The notes: generated from the letters alone by a model not told the origin. A stretch of 64,000 nt of DNA from Antedon mediterranea (GCF_964355755.1 NC_092677.1:25407175-25471174), one strand, 5' to 3'; positions 25,301 to 36,931 are shown, counted from the stretch's first letter. A program made the numbers and translations.

Positions 25301-28300
25301 TGTTTAATTTTCTCCCAACAAGACGACTCGTCGGATCTCTATATTTATAGAGAATGAGGATTATTTATACAATGTACCGCATCTACTTTGATACGTTAAG
25401 TCTAAATGTGATTTTCTTTCATTTAATGGAAACTTTGTATTATTCAGGGTTGCGTCGCACCTTCGTTGCCGTGGCAGGTAACAACCGCTCTGGTTCTATC
25501 AAATCTTGTGATTGTCGTTGTCTTTGGAGCGTTGCTATATGTTAATAGGTAAGTTCTGACAAATCTAAAGTTATGTCTACACTATCACTTTATGTGAAAA
25601 CAAAACGTGATGTGCCCATATATGGACATGATGATCATTACCATTAGCATAACTACAATACTTGGGCACATTACACTTTTGTGTCAAACTAGTTTGATAG
25701 TGTAAACACTGCACTAATTGGTTCTGTTCTTCCTTCCCTTTCTGCATTAACATTGCGAGTCTTGTGTTACTGATTATTATTGATCATTTTCTTTTAGACA
25801 CTATTATACTGACATTGTCGTGTTGGTGTTATGCATTCTGGCAACATTGTTTTTGGAACAACTTTGCATTGTATCGAGTATTTACGCAGTTTGCAACAGA
25901 GTACGTATTTTCAATATATTATATTAGTACATACCTATTTGACGGTTGGTGAACTAAAGGCCAACTCAGACAGCATCGTACGACGAGGCCCTACGAAACG
26001 TCTTAACTCGTGCTGTCTGAGTTGAATCCCGACGAGACGAGTCGTCTTGCGATAGCGTCGGGAGTAGTTTTAAGGTCGTCGGGAAAATGTTAAACATGTT
26101 TAATTTTCTCCCGACAAGACGACTCGTCGGATCTCGTCGCATGACGCTGTCTGAGTTCAAATTGCGCCGACCGACGACCGGCATGAATATCTATCTCTAC
26201 GACGAGAGCTCAAACGAACTATGTGTGTGGAAGATGTAATAAATTGAAGAAAAAATGTATAGGCCTAAGAAAAAGAAAAGGAGGAACGCAAGAACAAGAA
26301 CAGCCAGACAAGCATTACCTTAATCATCTCTTCTGTTTCATCAGTCAATGTAATCCTTGTATTGTATTTTTGTTTCAGTCAGCATGCAAGGCGATGGCAT
26401 TAATAATCCACTTTTTTGATCTCTCCATTTTCTTCTGGGTCTTCGGCCAATCAGTCCAAATAGCACTGAAGGTAAGTTGCTGTTATGTCACTATCAAACT
26501 TTATGTGACAACAACAATGTGATGTCCCCATATTATATGGACACGATGACGTCATCACTGCAATATTTGGACACACTTTTTTTCAAACTAGTTTGATAGT
26601 GTGGACTTATGAAAATGTTGGTTTAACAGCTTCGACAATGTTGTCTTATTTTAGATATCTTACGTTACGATGGAATCAGGAGGTATTATGCAGTATTGTG
26701 CCTTGGGATGGATAACGCCAGCCTTTATTGTCGCTAGTTCCGTTGGACTCGTCCAAGTCGATTACGAAAACGACCAGTAGTAAGTCGACAACTGTTCATC
26801 TTTACATCTCTCCTAATCCACATTTCCTACTACCATATTATATTATTATTCTACAATTTCACACTCTCGTACATTCGTGATTGTCAGTGGCATCAAGTTG
26901 ACTCACCGCGTATAACAAAAAATAGTTGACGCGCGCGTACAAAAACCTTCAGCATTTCATCAGCATTTGTACGCGTCTGTTATGAGTGTCTGTAAAAGTT
27001 GACGCGCGCGTACAAAAACCGTCAGCATTTCATCAGCATTTGTACGCGTTTGTTATTGTGTCTGACGACGTCACTAAATGAAAGTGATGACAAATTATGC
27101 TTATATATGATGATTAAGCAATTTTCAAATATATGTGTGTCATTGTTTTTTTCTTGTTGCAGTTGCGCAGTGCCACAAGTGTCACATGCTTCGCTTGGTC
27201 CAATCGTGTGCGTGGTCGGGGTATGTATTAAATACAAAATAATTTAAAGCCTATGTCACGATGTAAGTCTAGACTATACTATTAAATGTATTGTGTTGTT
27301 TTTTACTTTTCTTCTAGTGTACATACATCTGTTTGGTGTATCTTATTTATGGATACAACAATATTCGACGGACTGACAACAAAGCGTTCTCCGTTATCAG
27401 AGCTACCAAGTAAGTTTCTATCAATGGTGTCAGGCCTTGTCCACACTATCAAACTAGTTGACAAAACATTGTGTGACGTGCCCAAATATGGTATGAGAGA
27501 TATGACCTCATCATGTCCATATATGGGCACATCACATTTTCTTGTCACATAACGTTTGATAGTGTAGACAGAGCTTTAGACAGTTAATCACTTAAAAACC
27601 CTTCTCATCATTGTCATACGGTACATTTTATAATCATATCGACTTCCCTATTTTGACGTCATCATTATCCGTTATCATCATTCGTCATCATCTTCGATTT
27701 TCATAGGTGCAATATAGCAGCCAATGGGATTATTATAACGTTGATGTTTATTTCGTGGTTATTCTGGACTTCGGCCATCGAATCACCAAGTGACGCACTT
27801 AACTGGCTGTGGGCAATATCAGTTATTATACTGGTCAGTATATATTTCAATTCAGCTCTATGCATCGCACAAGCAATAATTTCAAACTTATGAGCTCCAG
27901 ACAAACGCGTCTGTTTTACTCTCCTCCTGATAGCAATATCCATGATCTATTGTTTTTTGAGCGATTGTATAAAAATATTGTTTTCATAAAATTGAATTTA
28001 CATTATAGTCCTAAAAATCCCTTTTTTCATACCTTTCAGGGCTTTTCTGTATTTCTCTTATATGGTGTATATAATCCGGAGGTAAGAATAATGTCTTTCC
28101 AACCGATTCTTAGTATTGTAGTTCAAGAATGTAGCCCATGTTGTTTCGTTAAAACAAAACTCATACGTTGTTACCTACGCTAAGTGCTATTATTACATTG
28201 CAGGTCCAGTCAGAAATATTATCAAGATTTGGCAGTAAATCAGCCGTACAGGACGGCTCTGTCGCCGCCGGTCGTGCCGCCAGAAGCCAACATCAGCTAA

Positions 28301-28539
28301 ACGAAGCGATCCGCCTTAGCCAGATAATTGAGAACAGTGTCGTGCGTGACCAAGACAGTGTTGTAGGCGGTGTCGATTGCGACCAAATTATCAACGATTC
28401 TACGTTATCGTTGACGCAGACAATGACGTCGTCATTTGCTCAGCGGGTTGGATTTCGTAAAGCTCGATTAGCCCCATCGAGTACTACGACGGCGAATCCT
28501 AATGCAAAATCCGAAGGAGGGACAACGTCAAACATCTAA
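16370..28539 (+). CDS. Adhesion G protein-coupled receptor (signal peptide, GAIN/GPS, 7TM), about 17 coding exons, about 650 aa
   Basis: Signal peptide MRLGLLTITVCLLHQVGA (16370); GPS WSIDGC...KCSCNHLSTFAVL (~24813-24902); TM exons include SACKAMALIIHFFDLSIFFWVFGQ (26379-26471), YCALGWITPAFIV, LGPIVCVVG, GFSVFLLYGVYNPE (28040-28081); last exon 28205-28539. Possible 5'UTR exon ending at the donor near 13167. Confidence 0.9.
17021..17226. mobile_element. MITE family B copy
   Basis: TIR AGC(G/T)TGGTTCCCACTAG with ACGCA/TGCGT repeats; related copies at 29133-29321, 32181, 32650-32802 and 32807-32966. Confidence 0.8.
17459..18803. mobile_element. Non-autonomous Harbinger-type element (AAT TSD) interrupted by a P-type element
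   Basis: ~40-bp TIR AGGGAGTTTTCGCAACCTTACGAATACGATAACGAAAACG; AAT at 17456-17458 and 18804-18806; a related left-end fragment lies at 51728-51850. Confidence 0.8.
17628..18463. mobile_element. Non-autonomous P-superfamily-like element, 7-bp TSD
   Basis: ~40-bp TIR CAAAGAATATATATCACAAGAATGAGTAWTCCGCGATTTT (CANRG terminus); TSD GTGTTGC at 17621-17627 and 18464-18470. Confidence 0.8.
19030..20685 (+). CDS. C-terminal half of LINE ORF2 (partial reverse transcriptase plus CCHC zinc knuckle), N-truncated
   Basis: AQLADDTVLF (RT YADD motif), SGLRLNKEKT, KVLGVYIG, WRKRNLTIFGKIIILKTLGLSKLVY, GGVKAPD, CLQC...EDDAHFFYEC. The ATG at 19030 is formed at the TSD junction. Confidence 0.85.
   Translation: MALKIKQDKLIKGILLPNPVVEVKIAQLADDTVLFMKDENSIKKCIDVVIKFGNVSGLRLNKEKTNAMWLGKWKKKDNILDINWISDGFKVLGVYIGHDKEFCFAKNWSEKIYSLQNTLRSWRKRNLTIFGKIIILKTLGLSKLVYVASIIDTPESVLKRVDNIIFDFLWDGKREKVKRVVLINEYESGGVKAPDFRSQVKSLKISWLKRLYNNEDSKWKCLPNTYFNRIGPKDIIDNISYIDKKNAIFKAIPDFYKSILCILVKLNSGMTKRQLCYDDILHQQLWYNKMILYNDMSIFFRNWVRSGVRNIKDIVIENRFINANELLDMLRYKSNWIAEWQIVLNAIPKEWKEKIFLRDKNQKHSKTTHVRCLNMSSKQICSFFIKEKCLEPSKSKTKWETYFNMENDWSVTWKRKIKDIKDNKLKQLNIKLLHCITPTKRRLLKWKISNTDTCLQCNVVEDDAHFFYECTEVKPLWEYINVYTMHKFGIEANYRNIVLGTGNKYVDHMFSIGCFSVYKAHTLKNVNKWTGSLSRLFMAEKNKRSYLNHLL
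19032..21359 (+). mobile_element. 5'-truncated L1/Tx1-clade non-LTR retrotransposon with extended 3' segment
   Basis: Uninterrupted ORF2 remnant; AATAAA-A14 at ~20779-20795; second poly(A) at 21341-21361; TSD AAGTGAAT at 19024-19031 and 21360-21367. Confidence 0.9.
21612..21755 (-). mobile_element. Short RTE-type LINE 3' remnant
   Basis: Minus strand reads roughly RLLDDTTITQAME..KVKRPPGRPK, similar to the 36932-37471 element, with a (GAA)n tail. Confidence 0.5.
22653..22817. mobile_element. MITE family A full copy
   Basis: Both TIRs present; lies ~30 bp upstream of an aGPCR acceptor. Confidence 0.85.
25144..26220. repeat. Two copies (25144-25340, 25955-26220) of a Harbinger-like MITE, plus an inverted copy at ~24520-24673
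   Basis: Shared GGCCAACTCAGACAGCATCGTACGAC end; the upstream flank TAGTACATACCTATTTGACGGTTGGTGAACTAAA is also duplicated. Confidence 0.65.
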
Positions 28540-28649
28540 AAGTGCCTAGAATATCACGTTAAGCCTCAGGGTAAACTCATGTGATGTACTCAACAAAGTA
28601 TGGGGACAAAAGAACGCGTGCTTGTCACTCGGAAAAGAAGGCCTAAACC

Positions 28650-28814
28650 CAGTGGCGTAACGGCTATGAGCGCTCACTGGATAATATAAACCCAGAGGCG
28701 CGGAGCAGTGCCCAGTAGAAAGACATTAAAATATGTCGAAAAGGGCTAAAAAACGCCCGTGTCCTCAAGCGTTGGAGGGCCACTTAGGGTTCCTAAAACT
28801 GCGTTACGCCACTG
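28650..28814. mobile_element. hAT-type MITE in the aGPCR 3' region
   Basis: TIR CAGTGGCGTAACG/CGTTACGCCACTG; 8-bp TSD CCTAAACC/CATAAACC with one mismatch. Confidence 0.75.
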
Positions 28815-29132
28815 CATAAACCGTATTTATGACGTGCCTATTATTGTATGTGCCCTTATTTCAATTAAGTATTACATATCATTGCTTTTATTACTGCACA
28901 TAACACACGGGATTATGGACTTCAATGCACTGTTAATGGATTGATAGACCGTTCCACCACTACACATTTTTCAATAAATATCTCTATACCTTGTAATAAT
29001 TATAAATTGTGACGTAAAGAAATATTGTTTGCTTGTTTCTTGAGTAACTTGTTAACACACGTACGTAATACCAAAGAACATCATTATTCAGCACATCTCC
29101 ACATCCAGAATCCGCCTAGTAGCTGCCACTAA

Positions 29133-29321
29133 AGCTTGGTTTCCACTAGCGACGCAACCTAACGCAACGTCAGAAAATGCCCTTCCAATAATTGTGTTTG
29201 CTCTCGCCTGCGTGAAATCAAATCTACGATGTTTGCAGCACTTTTGCGTCGTCGGTTTACACAATACAGCAGCACTTTGCGTCGATACGTCGCTTCGTTG
29301 CGTTCTAGTGGGAACCACGCT
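29133..29321. mobile_element. MITE family B copy abutting the CNBD stop codon
   Basis: TIRs AGCTTGGTTTCCACTAG / CTAGTGGGAACCACGCT, flanked by TAA and TTA. Confidence 0.85.
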
Positions 29322-32300
29322 TTAATGTTTCTTTGCCGCTAGGATATCCATGACAGTTTTCTCCTTGAACAGCTTCCAATTCAGGTGATCTCTGACGTGG
29401 TTCTGAATATCCTCCAGATCTGGGTAGGGCTTAATCAGCGTTTTCAACGCTTTCTTATGGTCCGACGATAAATGTTGTAAGAAGAATTGCTTTTGAAGCA
29501 ATATACACTCAGCTCCTTTGCTAATCTATGGATATTAGAAAACAGCATTTGAGCTGATCTTATACTCTGATAGGAGTATCAAGAATAAATAATTTCTTGA
29601 AATACCTGATTGTGTAATCGAAAAGTACAAAATCGTCATAATCAGTATTTTTTTTCGTTCTTACCAATTGTAGACTCGGCATTTCTGTGTGGATAATTCT
29701 TAATTCTTCACAAAGCATTGCTAATCCCTTCAATTGAAAATATTTTTTTTTTAAATAAAGAATATGTTTTTTTTATTAACATTAGTTAAAATACATAAAC
29801 GTCACGAGGTATGAATTCAGACTTGAAAAGAAGTCTAAGACAAAAAGTATCAGAAAAAATAAATATATATTATACGTACAAATATGTCTTTAGAAAACAG
29901 TTCGTCTATTTGGACTAAGACTTTCTGCTTATGTTCAGGCTAAAATGAATGAGATTAATGTAATATTATACTATACAAAATAGTAAGTACCATTAACTTT
30001 ACAGATATTTTTGTCACTTTACGATCACTAACTATTGTTTGGTTTCAGCTGAAATGAATCTAAAAAACATGATTTTGCACCAATATAAAGAAGAACATTT
30101 GCTGTAGCTTATGATACGGTGAGAATTAAGAAAGGAGGGATGATGACACTAGTTTAACTATAAAAATAAAGCAAACATCTAAGTTCTTACCACGGAAGCG
30201 CTAATGCCTTCTTCGTGTTTACCATCATCTTTCTGTGTTAAGAATTCAAATTTGTTTTTCCATCTATGGTCTACTTTAGAGTCTAAAAATTGCAATAAAA
30301 CAAACACATCAGACGTATAAATTACACATTATCTACTGTACAACAAAAGGTACATTACCAAATTAGAAAAATGTTGTTAAGATGCCTCAACAAAACAAGG
30401 CAAATTTTGAGCAACTATCTAATTTATAACTTACAGGCTCGCATGCCCTTTGACGCAAGATACATGTATCTGTCAGCCTTGGTCTTTTTCTTTTTTATGT
30501 ATCGTGGCCCTCGGTTCACCGTCAATTCAACTCTGCAAGAACCCTACAAATATAGTACGGTAATATTTATCAATCGGATGTAAAATAACACAATTGACTT
30601 AATTGTGTGGCTTCTCGGAAAGATTAAAGCTCCGTCTACACTATTTTGACAAAAAAAGTGTGACCAAATATGGTAGTGATATGCCCAAATATGGTAGTGA
30701 TATGACATCATCTTGTCCATATATAGGCACATCACATTTTTTTGTCACATAAAGTTTGATAGTGTGGACAGAGCTTAAGAAGAATAATGCAGACTCTGGT
30801 TTATACTTACAGACTTCATAATGTACATCCACTTGGAGTTGTTTGAATCAGAAACTATGACTTCATCCTTTCTGTTAAAAGAAAACGATATATATCATCA
30901 TCGTCCCAACATTCATTATGCCATCATCATCATCATCATAATAGTCATCATCATCCTCACCATTATCATCATCATCATCATTATAAACATCATCATTATT
31001 ATCATCATCATAATCATCATTATCACTATCGTCATCATCATAATTATCATCATCGTCATAATCTTCATCAGCAGCAGCATCATCATCGTCATCATCAACA
31101 TCATCAGCAGCATCATCATCATCGTCATCATCATCATCACCATTATCATCATCATCATTATAAACATCATCATTATTATCATCATCATTATCACTATCGT
31201 CATCATCATAATTATCATCATCGTCATAATCTTCATCAGCAGCAGCATCATCATCGTCATCATCAACATCATCAGCAGTATCATCATCATCATCGTCATC
31301 ATCACATCGCCTTCAATATCATACGTCATAGCCTAAATAAAACATCTTTCCATTGTTTTAGTATAACCAATCCAATTATCATTATCACCACTTATTATCA
31401 TAAAAAAACACCATCGTCATCATCATCATCACATCGCCTTTAATATCATACGTCATAGCCTAAATAAAACATCTTTCCATTGTTTTAGTATCACCAATCC
31501 AATTATCATTATCACCACTTATTATCATAAAAAAAACACCATCATCATCATCAGTAGCGTCATAATCGCCATACCTGTAAAAGTGTGCTAAACACAACTT
31601 GGGCTGTTCTACTAATTTTTCTACAGGCCAACCTTCCATAAAAGGCAACGATCTAAAAATAGAATCAATATGAATTGTCTTTATTATTTTTATTATCATT
31701 ATATACAAACAGAACTCAACATAAATTATAGTTAAGCCAATTTAGATAAAAATCTATAATATACAAACAATAAACTTACTTAGTAAATGCTACATGAGCT
31801 GGTTCATTGGTCAGTTTGTCCACCATTAGAAATATTTCCAAGAAATCCTGTAAAAAGAAAAATTAAATCGATCGATTATTGGTGAATGAGACGACAAATT
31901 GACAGCGATGGTGAAGATTTAATAATAAAAATTGTATTGATTATCAATATTAGACAAGCAGTAGTAATACTATCTTTGATCTTATGTCTGGCTGCGACAA
32001 ATTCCAACAGTACTGTACTATGTACTATGTACATTTCTCCACGGCACAGAGAAGAGACCAAACATTTGAGGAAGCCAGTTGGACAATACAAAATCAGCAA
32101 CAAGTTTAGTGGCGTGGAATTTATCGTGTCGCAGCCACAGATGAACCATTTTTTCCCTGAAGCTCAGCATCCTGTTGTAAAGCTTGGTTCCCACTAGATA
32201 CGCAACGTAACGCAACCTATGCAACTATTCATCGCTCTTTATTAAAAATGGTTCTTACCATTATTATAATACAAGATCTAAAGACAAAATGAGACTCAGA

Positions 32301-35300
32301 AAACGTAATCGTACTTCTACTAGTTTTACTGTGTCATGTGTGGGACCTAAATTGTGGAATGACTTGAATTACGAACTACAAAGTACCAAATCAATATATA
32401 TTTTTAAATCATTGTTTAAAGAACATTTATTATCATTTTACAAATAATTTTAAAATAATACTTGTTGCAGGATTTAGCTTTTTTTATTATTTATGTTTTA
32501 GTTTTTAGGCTAGTTAGGGACGTAGGGGGACACAATTAATCAAGCTCTTTTGAGTTTTTATGTGTTTCCTTTTCATCTTTATTTTATGTTCTCATATATT
32601 GTTGTATATTTTCATGATTGATGATGAATAAAGAATATTTGAATTTGAAGAAAATGCCCTTCCAATAACTGGGTTTGCCCCCGCCGGCGTTAAATCAAAT
32701 CTGTGATGTTTGCAGCACTATTGCGTCGTCGGTTCCCACTTGTGATTACGCAATACAGCACTTTGCGTCGATACGACGCTGCGTTGCGTTCTAGTGGGAA
32801 CCTTAAAGCGTGGTTTCCACTAGCGACGCAACACAAGGACGTAACGCAACGCAAGCGATGGCTTATTCGCTTGTGATTGCTAACTATCTATAACTTCGCT
32901 TGTCATTGGTTAAAACGCTTGCGTTGCGTTTACGTCTTTGCGTTACGTTCTAGTGGGAACCAAGCTTTAGATTTCCTTGGTTTGATTACCATACGATGGT
33001 AAGAATGTGAGAGAGAAAGGATGATAACATTATGATGTAATTGATTTCAAAGATAGGATTAGGTACCATGTCCTACTTACATCTTTATCTATAAATAATA
33101 ATTCACAGGAGGAGTTACTAGTGATAGTTGTAGTCCTGTTGGTACCATACAACATCGCAGAATCACCGAAACAATCTCCTTTACGCAACACTCTCTTCAG
33201 ATGAACACGATCTTCTCCAGTCGTTGAGTCACGCTCAACGCTACTTTCAATGGCTTTAAAACAATTTAAAGTAGGCCTGCTCATCATTTGGGCATACAGT
33301 TTTTCTATTTATAAATTCTTTTAAAATATCACTAGGGATTAAAAGTTGATATAGGCCTCCAAGTATACCTATAAACATACGTATTTTTTAAATGATCATT
33401 GTATAATTGCATGAAAATCAAAATGTAAACCAACCAATCAGATTTCATGTGTACCTCGTTGTTAAAATGAAAATCAATAAAATCGTATCGTATGCATGAA
33501 TAATTTCAGTGAATAATGAATGAATAAATTAATGTTAAAGAAAGGGATAGGCCTATGGGTGAATATACAAATAAAAACGTACCTGTTCCATGAATGAGAA
33601 AATAAAATGTTTCTGCTCGATGCCCTTGACGAATAATAACTCTATTTGAGGGGAGTCTGCAATAGAATAAAAATGTATCTGTGTCAGGTAGGATAGTGAT
33701 GATGGGTCCTCAACTTCATTTAGTAGTAGTAGTCGACTTTAGTGGTGGATTAAAACGGATGAGTGGTATGTGGAAAGTAAGTAGTAGTCACTAATTGTCA
33801 ATTTGTGATTTGTAGGCCATATTAGTAAGTATACCTTACATTAATGAATACATACGAAAATAAGAAGGCAACACGAACGAGTTTCTCTTGCAAATACAGA
33901 GGGTATTCGGTAAAAGACGACAGCGTTTGCAAACCAGTCAATGCCTTTAGGAAAAAGAAAGTTTAAAGCATTACAGCCTAGATAAAACAAAAAGGTTGCA
34001 TGGATTGACCGAGTCCAGATAATCATATCACGGCAAAGACTGTTTTGTTTTCTGGGGACAAAGTGGTTATGTAACTTTAGTAAACTGGCCTAAAGAAGTT
34101 CACATACTGTTTTAAGCTCCTCTTCTGTTCTCATTGGTCTTCTGAGAATAGACTTCACTTCAGAAGTAAGTTTTGCCTAATGAAAAAACAAATCAGTTTT
34201 TAAGGAATTTAAAAATAACAATAAAATACAAAGAGTTTCAGTATAGTATAGACATTATATTATTTGTTGCTGCATCAGGAGCTGAGAGAAATATCATTTT
34301 GTGACATGTACCTTACCATTTTTGTGATTTAAAATAATGTTTGAATTGTACAAACAAAATCAGCTTTTAAGGCATTAGACAAATAATACAGAGGGTTTTG
34401 GTATAGTACCTTCACACTATTATTTGTTGCTGCATCAGAAGATCAGAGCAAGACAATTTAGTAATATGAGTACCCTCCTGAGTGAGTGGCCGAGCGGTTT
34501 AAGACAGTGGAACCGTAATTACGTAGCCATAACATCGGCAGGGGTTCGAGGCTCACTCACTCCATGGTTCTGGTGGTAGAACGAGTCTTCTCGGATAAGG
34601 ACTATAAACCGTAGGTCCAATGTACACATCTAGCTCGTGTGCACTTTAAAGAACCTAGTACATCTTTCGAGACGAGTAGTGGGTTACCCCGGTGTATTAG
34701 TACATCACAGCCACTGATCACCAACTGGGCCCTCTGGGAGACCAGTCTTTGACTGAAGAGGTTACCCAGTATAGGCCTAAATATAAATTTCAATTCAATT
34801 CAATTCAATACCTCTTTTTGTGACTTGAAGTAATGTTTATTAAACGTTAAAACAGTCGATTCATTTCCATTGCTATCGTCATCTTCCATTTCGTGAAATA
34901 CTTCAAACGTGAGCATGTGAGATGTATCTTCCTTTTCTTCTATTTTTCTAAAAAGTTTAGAAAATCTATGTCAGGGAACTTGGTACAATTTAAAATATTC
35001 ATTATACAATACGAGTACCAACACTTATGCTAACATCATCATTTCACGGTTAGACTAGGTGCCAAAATGAAACTCGCAACACAATTTTGGACAATTCTGT
35101 AGGCCTAAGAATTGGGGAAATCACGTTAAAAATCCCATCAAATGTTTATGTTTAGGGGTTGGTATTTGACAAGTTCTTTTAATTCTTTTCTCGATCCCTG
35201 AAACAGTTTTTATTTATGCTGCTTTTTTCTTGAACTGTTTCTAAATAGGCCTAAATGTTGAATGAATCTTAAAATAATGGAAAATGTCGTTCAGACCTAC

Positions 35301-35657
35301 CTACTTATCCTGTTATTTATGATAACCATCAGGATTGCTTTTCTAAATCGCTTTCTTGCCTAAGAAAACAAAAAAAAAACAATTATAGAAAACTTCTTTC
35401 CTTCCAATACTGTATTGTCTTGTCTTCGACATGCCATTAGACATTCCATATGTGTAACATAATAAAAAAAAATCAAATGTATGAACTTCTTATGCAGAAA
35501 TTCATTTGATACTGTGCTAGTCTATTGGCATGTGACATGTCTTGTCACTTGCCTGTAGGAAATCATGCTTTTTAAATACTGTATTTAGAGCTTTACTTAC
35601 CACTGATGACGGATCATCATGTAAATCTGGTTCTACTTTCTGTACCTCAGAATCCAT
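29322..35657 (-). CDS. Cyclic nucleotide-binding domain-containing protein (CNBD2-like), about 16 short exons
   Basis: Exons encode ARKRFRKAILMV, ALTGLQTLSSFTEYPLYLQEKLVRVA, RVIIRQGHRAETFYFLIHG, LRKGDCFGDSAMLYGTNRTTTITSNSSCELLFIDKD (cNMP-binding), and the C-terminus ISKGAECILLQKQFF...IKPYPD...NWKLFKE...AAKKH-stop. Confidence 0.85.
30628..30775. mobile_element. MITE family A copy with TAA TSD
   Basis: TAA|AGCTCCGTCTACACTAT ... ATAGTGTGGACAGAGCT|TAA. Confidence 0.85.
30895..31560. repeat. Intronic (ATC)n microsatellite with higher-order duplications
   Basis: Degenerate ATC/ATT/GTC array at 30895-31300 containing a repeated ~175-bp block, followed by a ~125-bp tandem duplication (31300-31550). 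Confidence 0.9.
34474..34808 (+). mobile_element. Full-length tRNA-derived SINE with Deu/Nin-like central domain
   Basis: A box AGTGGCCGAGCGG, B box GGTTCGAGGC, core GGATAAGGACTATAAACCGTAGGTCC...TTAAAGAACC...GAGTAGTGGGTTACCCCGGTGT resembling the Deu domain as I recall it; (TTCAA)n tail. Confidence 0.75.
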
Positions 35658-36931
35658 CGTCTGACAACACTGATATGACACAAGATATGTTACTTTTTCT
35701 GCAGTAACTTGAAATATTTTTGGAAAACTGTAGGCCTACGTATGACATAGGCCTATGAGTTAAATTACAGAGGAATGGTATGTATTTAAAGAATAAATAA
35801 CTCGTATTTACTTTTGTACAAAATGTGTAGGCCTATTCCTCGAATGCACTAGCCTACTTTACTTTAAAAAAATACTGGGTTAAAATCCGATCTTCCTGTA
35901 AATGTATTTGTATATTATTATTTATTTTGTTTGTTTCGCTTCGTAGAAGTTGTCATGGTTATTTGTGAATACCGCAAGTTTAACAATACCATCGTAGACA
36001 ATATAATAATAAGCTTACGACAGCCACAAAACACCTCAGTGAATATTCAACAATAGGATAAATATACAATATTCGTATATACAGAATATATCAAATTAAT
36101 AAGGATTTGTGAATTATTCAAGTCATAAAGTAAAACATTGCTGTTGTTGCCGACAAATGTAATGAAACAAATTGTCACAGTCATACCAAACATACTCTAT
36201 AAAGCACCATATACACTATCAAACTAGTTTGACCAAAAAAAAACAGTGTAATGTGCACCCATATAGTAGTGATACGACATCATCATGTCCATGGGCACAT
36301 CACATTTTTTGTCACATGAAAACATGGCTTAAGTTCCATTATTTGTGCGAAAAAAATGTATCGGACAAGATTCAAAATTGACCATTTCGTTGTTTACAAG
36401 ACGAGTGTCATAGGTTTGAACAAATTAGAACTTGTAAAATTAATTTTTGTTAAAATTACTGACCGGTGTTCGTATATACTACATGCAGTAACTGAATTGT
36501 GATGTTAAAATGAAGTTTAATTATTGTGAAAAACGAACGCGGTCTATAGTAAGTTAAAAATGGATAGTATATATTAATGTTTATTACTACAGTAGGCCTA
36601 CTACAATACATATAAATCCAAAGGCAAATTACAGAAAAAATGACAATGCTGTGGGTATCAGTGGCTGGATCTCAATGGAGATACAAAAAAAAAAGCGAAA
36701 AGCTAAATCAAAACGATAAAGTAAACAGCCAGAAAAGTTAGCAGAGCTTTCGGACAGTGCTACATATAAATACTGTATATATTTGTTTTAAATCAGCATT
36801 TCTTAACATTTCTTAACGTGTCATACATATACACTAGTGGAATGCCTTGCCTAACCATAATAGACCATCAGGTGGTATTGTATTGTATTCTTGCGTTAAC
36901 TTTATATATATTTTATCTGTTATTCTGTACA

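Noticed and set aside
30821-31336. Poly-Ile and poly-Met ORFs
   Set aside because: Translations of an intronic (ATC)n microsatellite inside the CNBD gene.
32259-32277. 19-nt micro-exon in the CNBD gene
   Set aside because: It has splice-like borders but would frameshift; the flanking exons join in frame without it.
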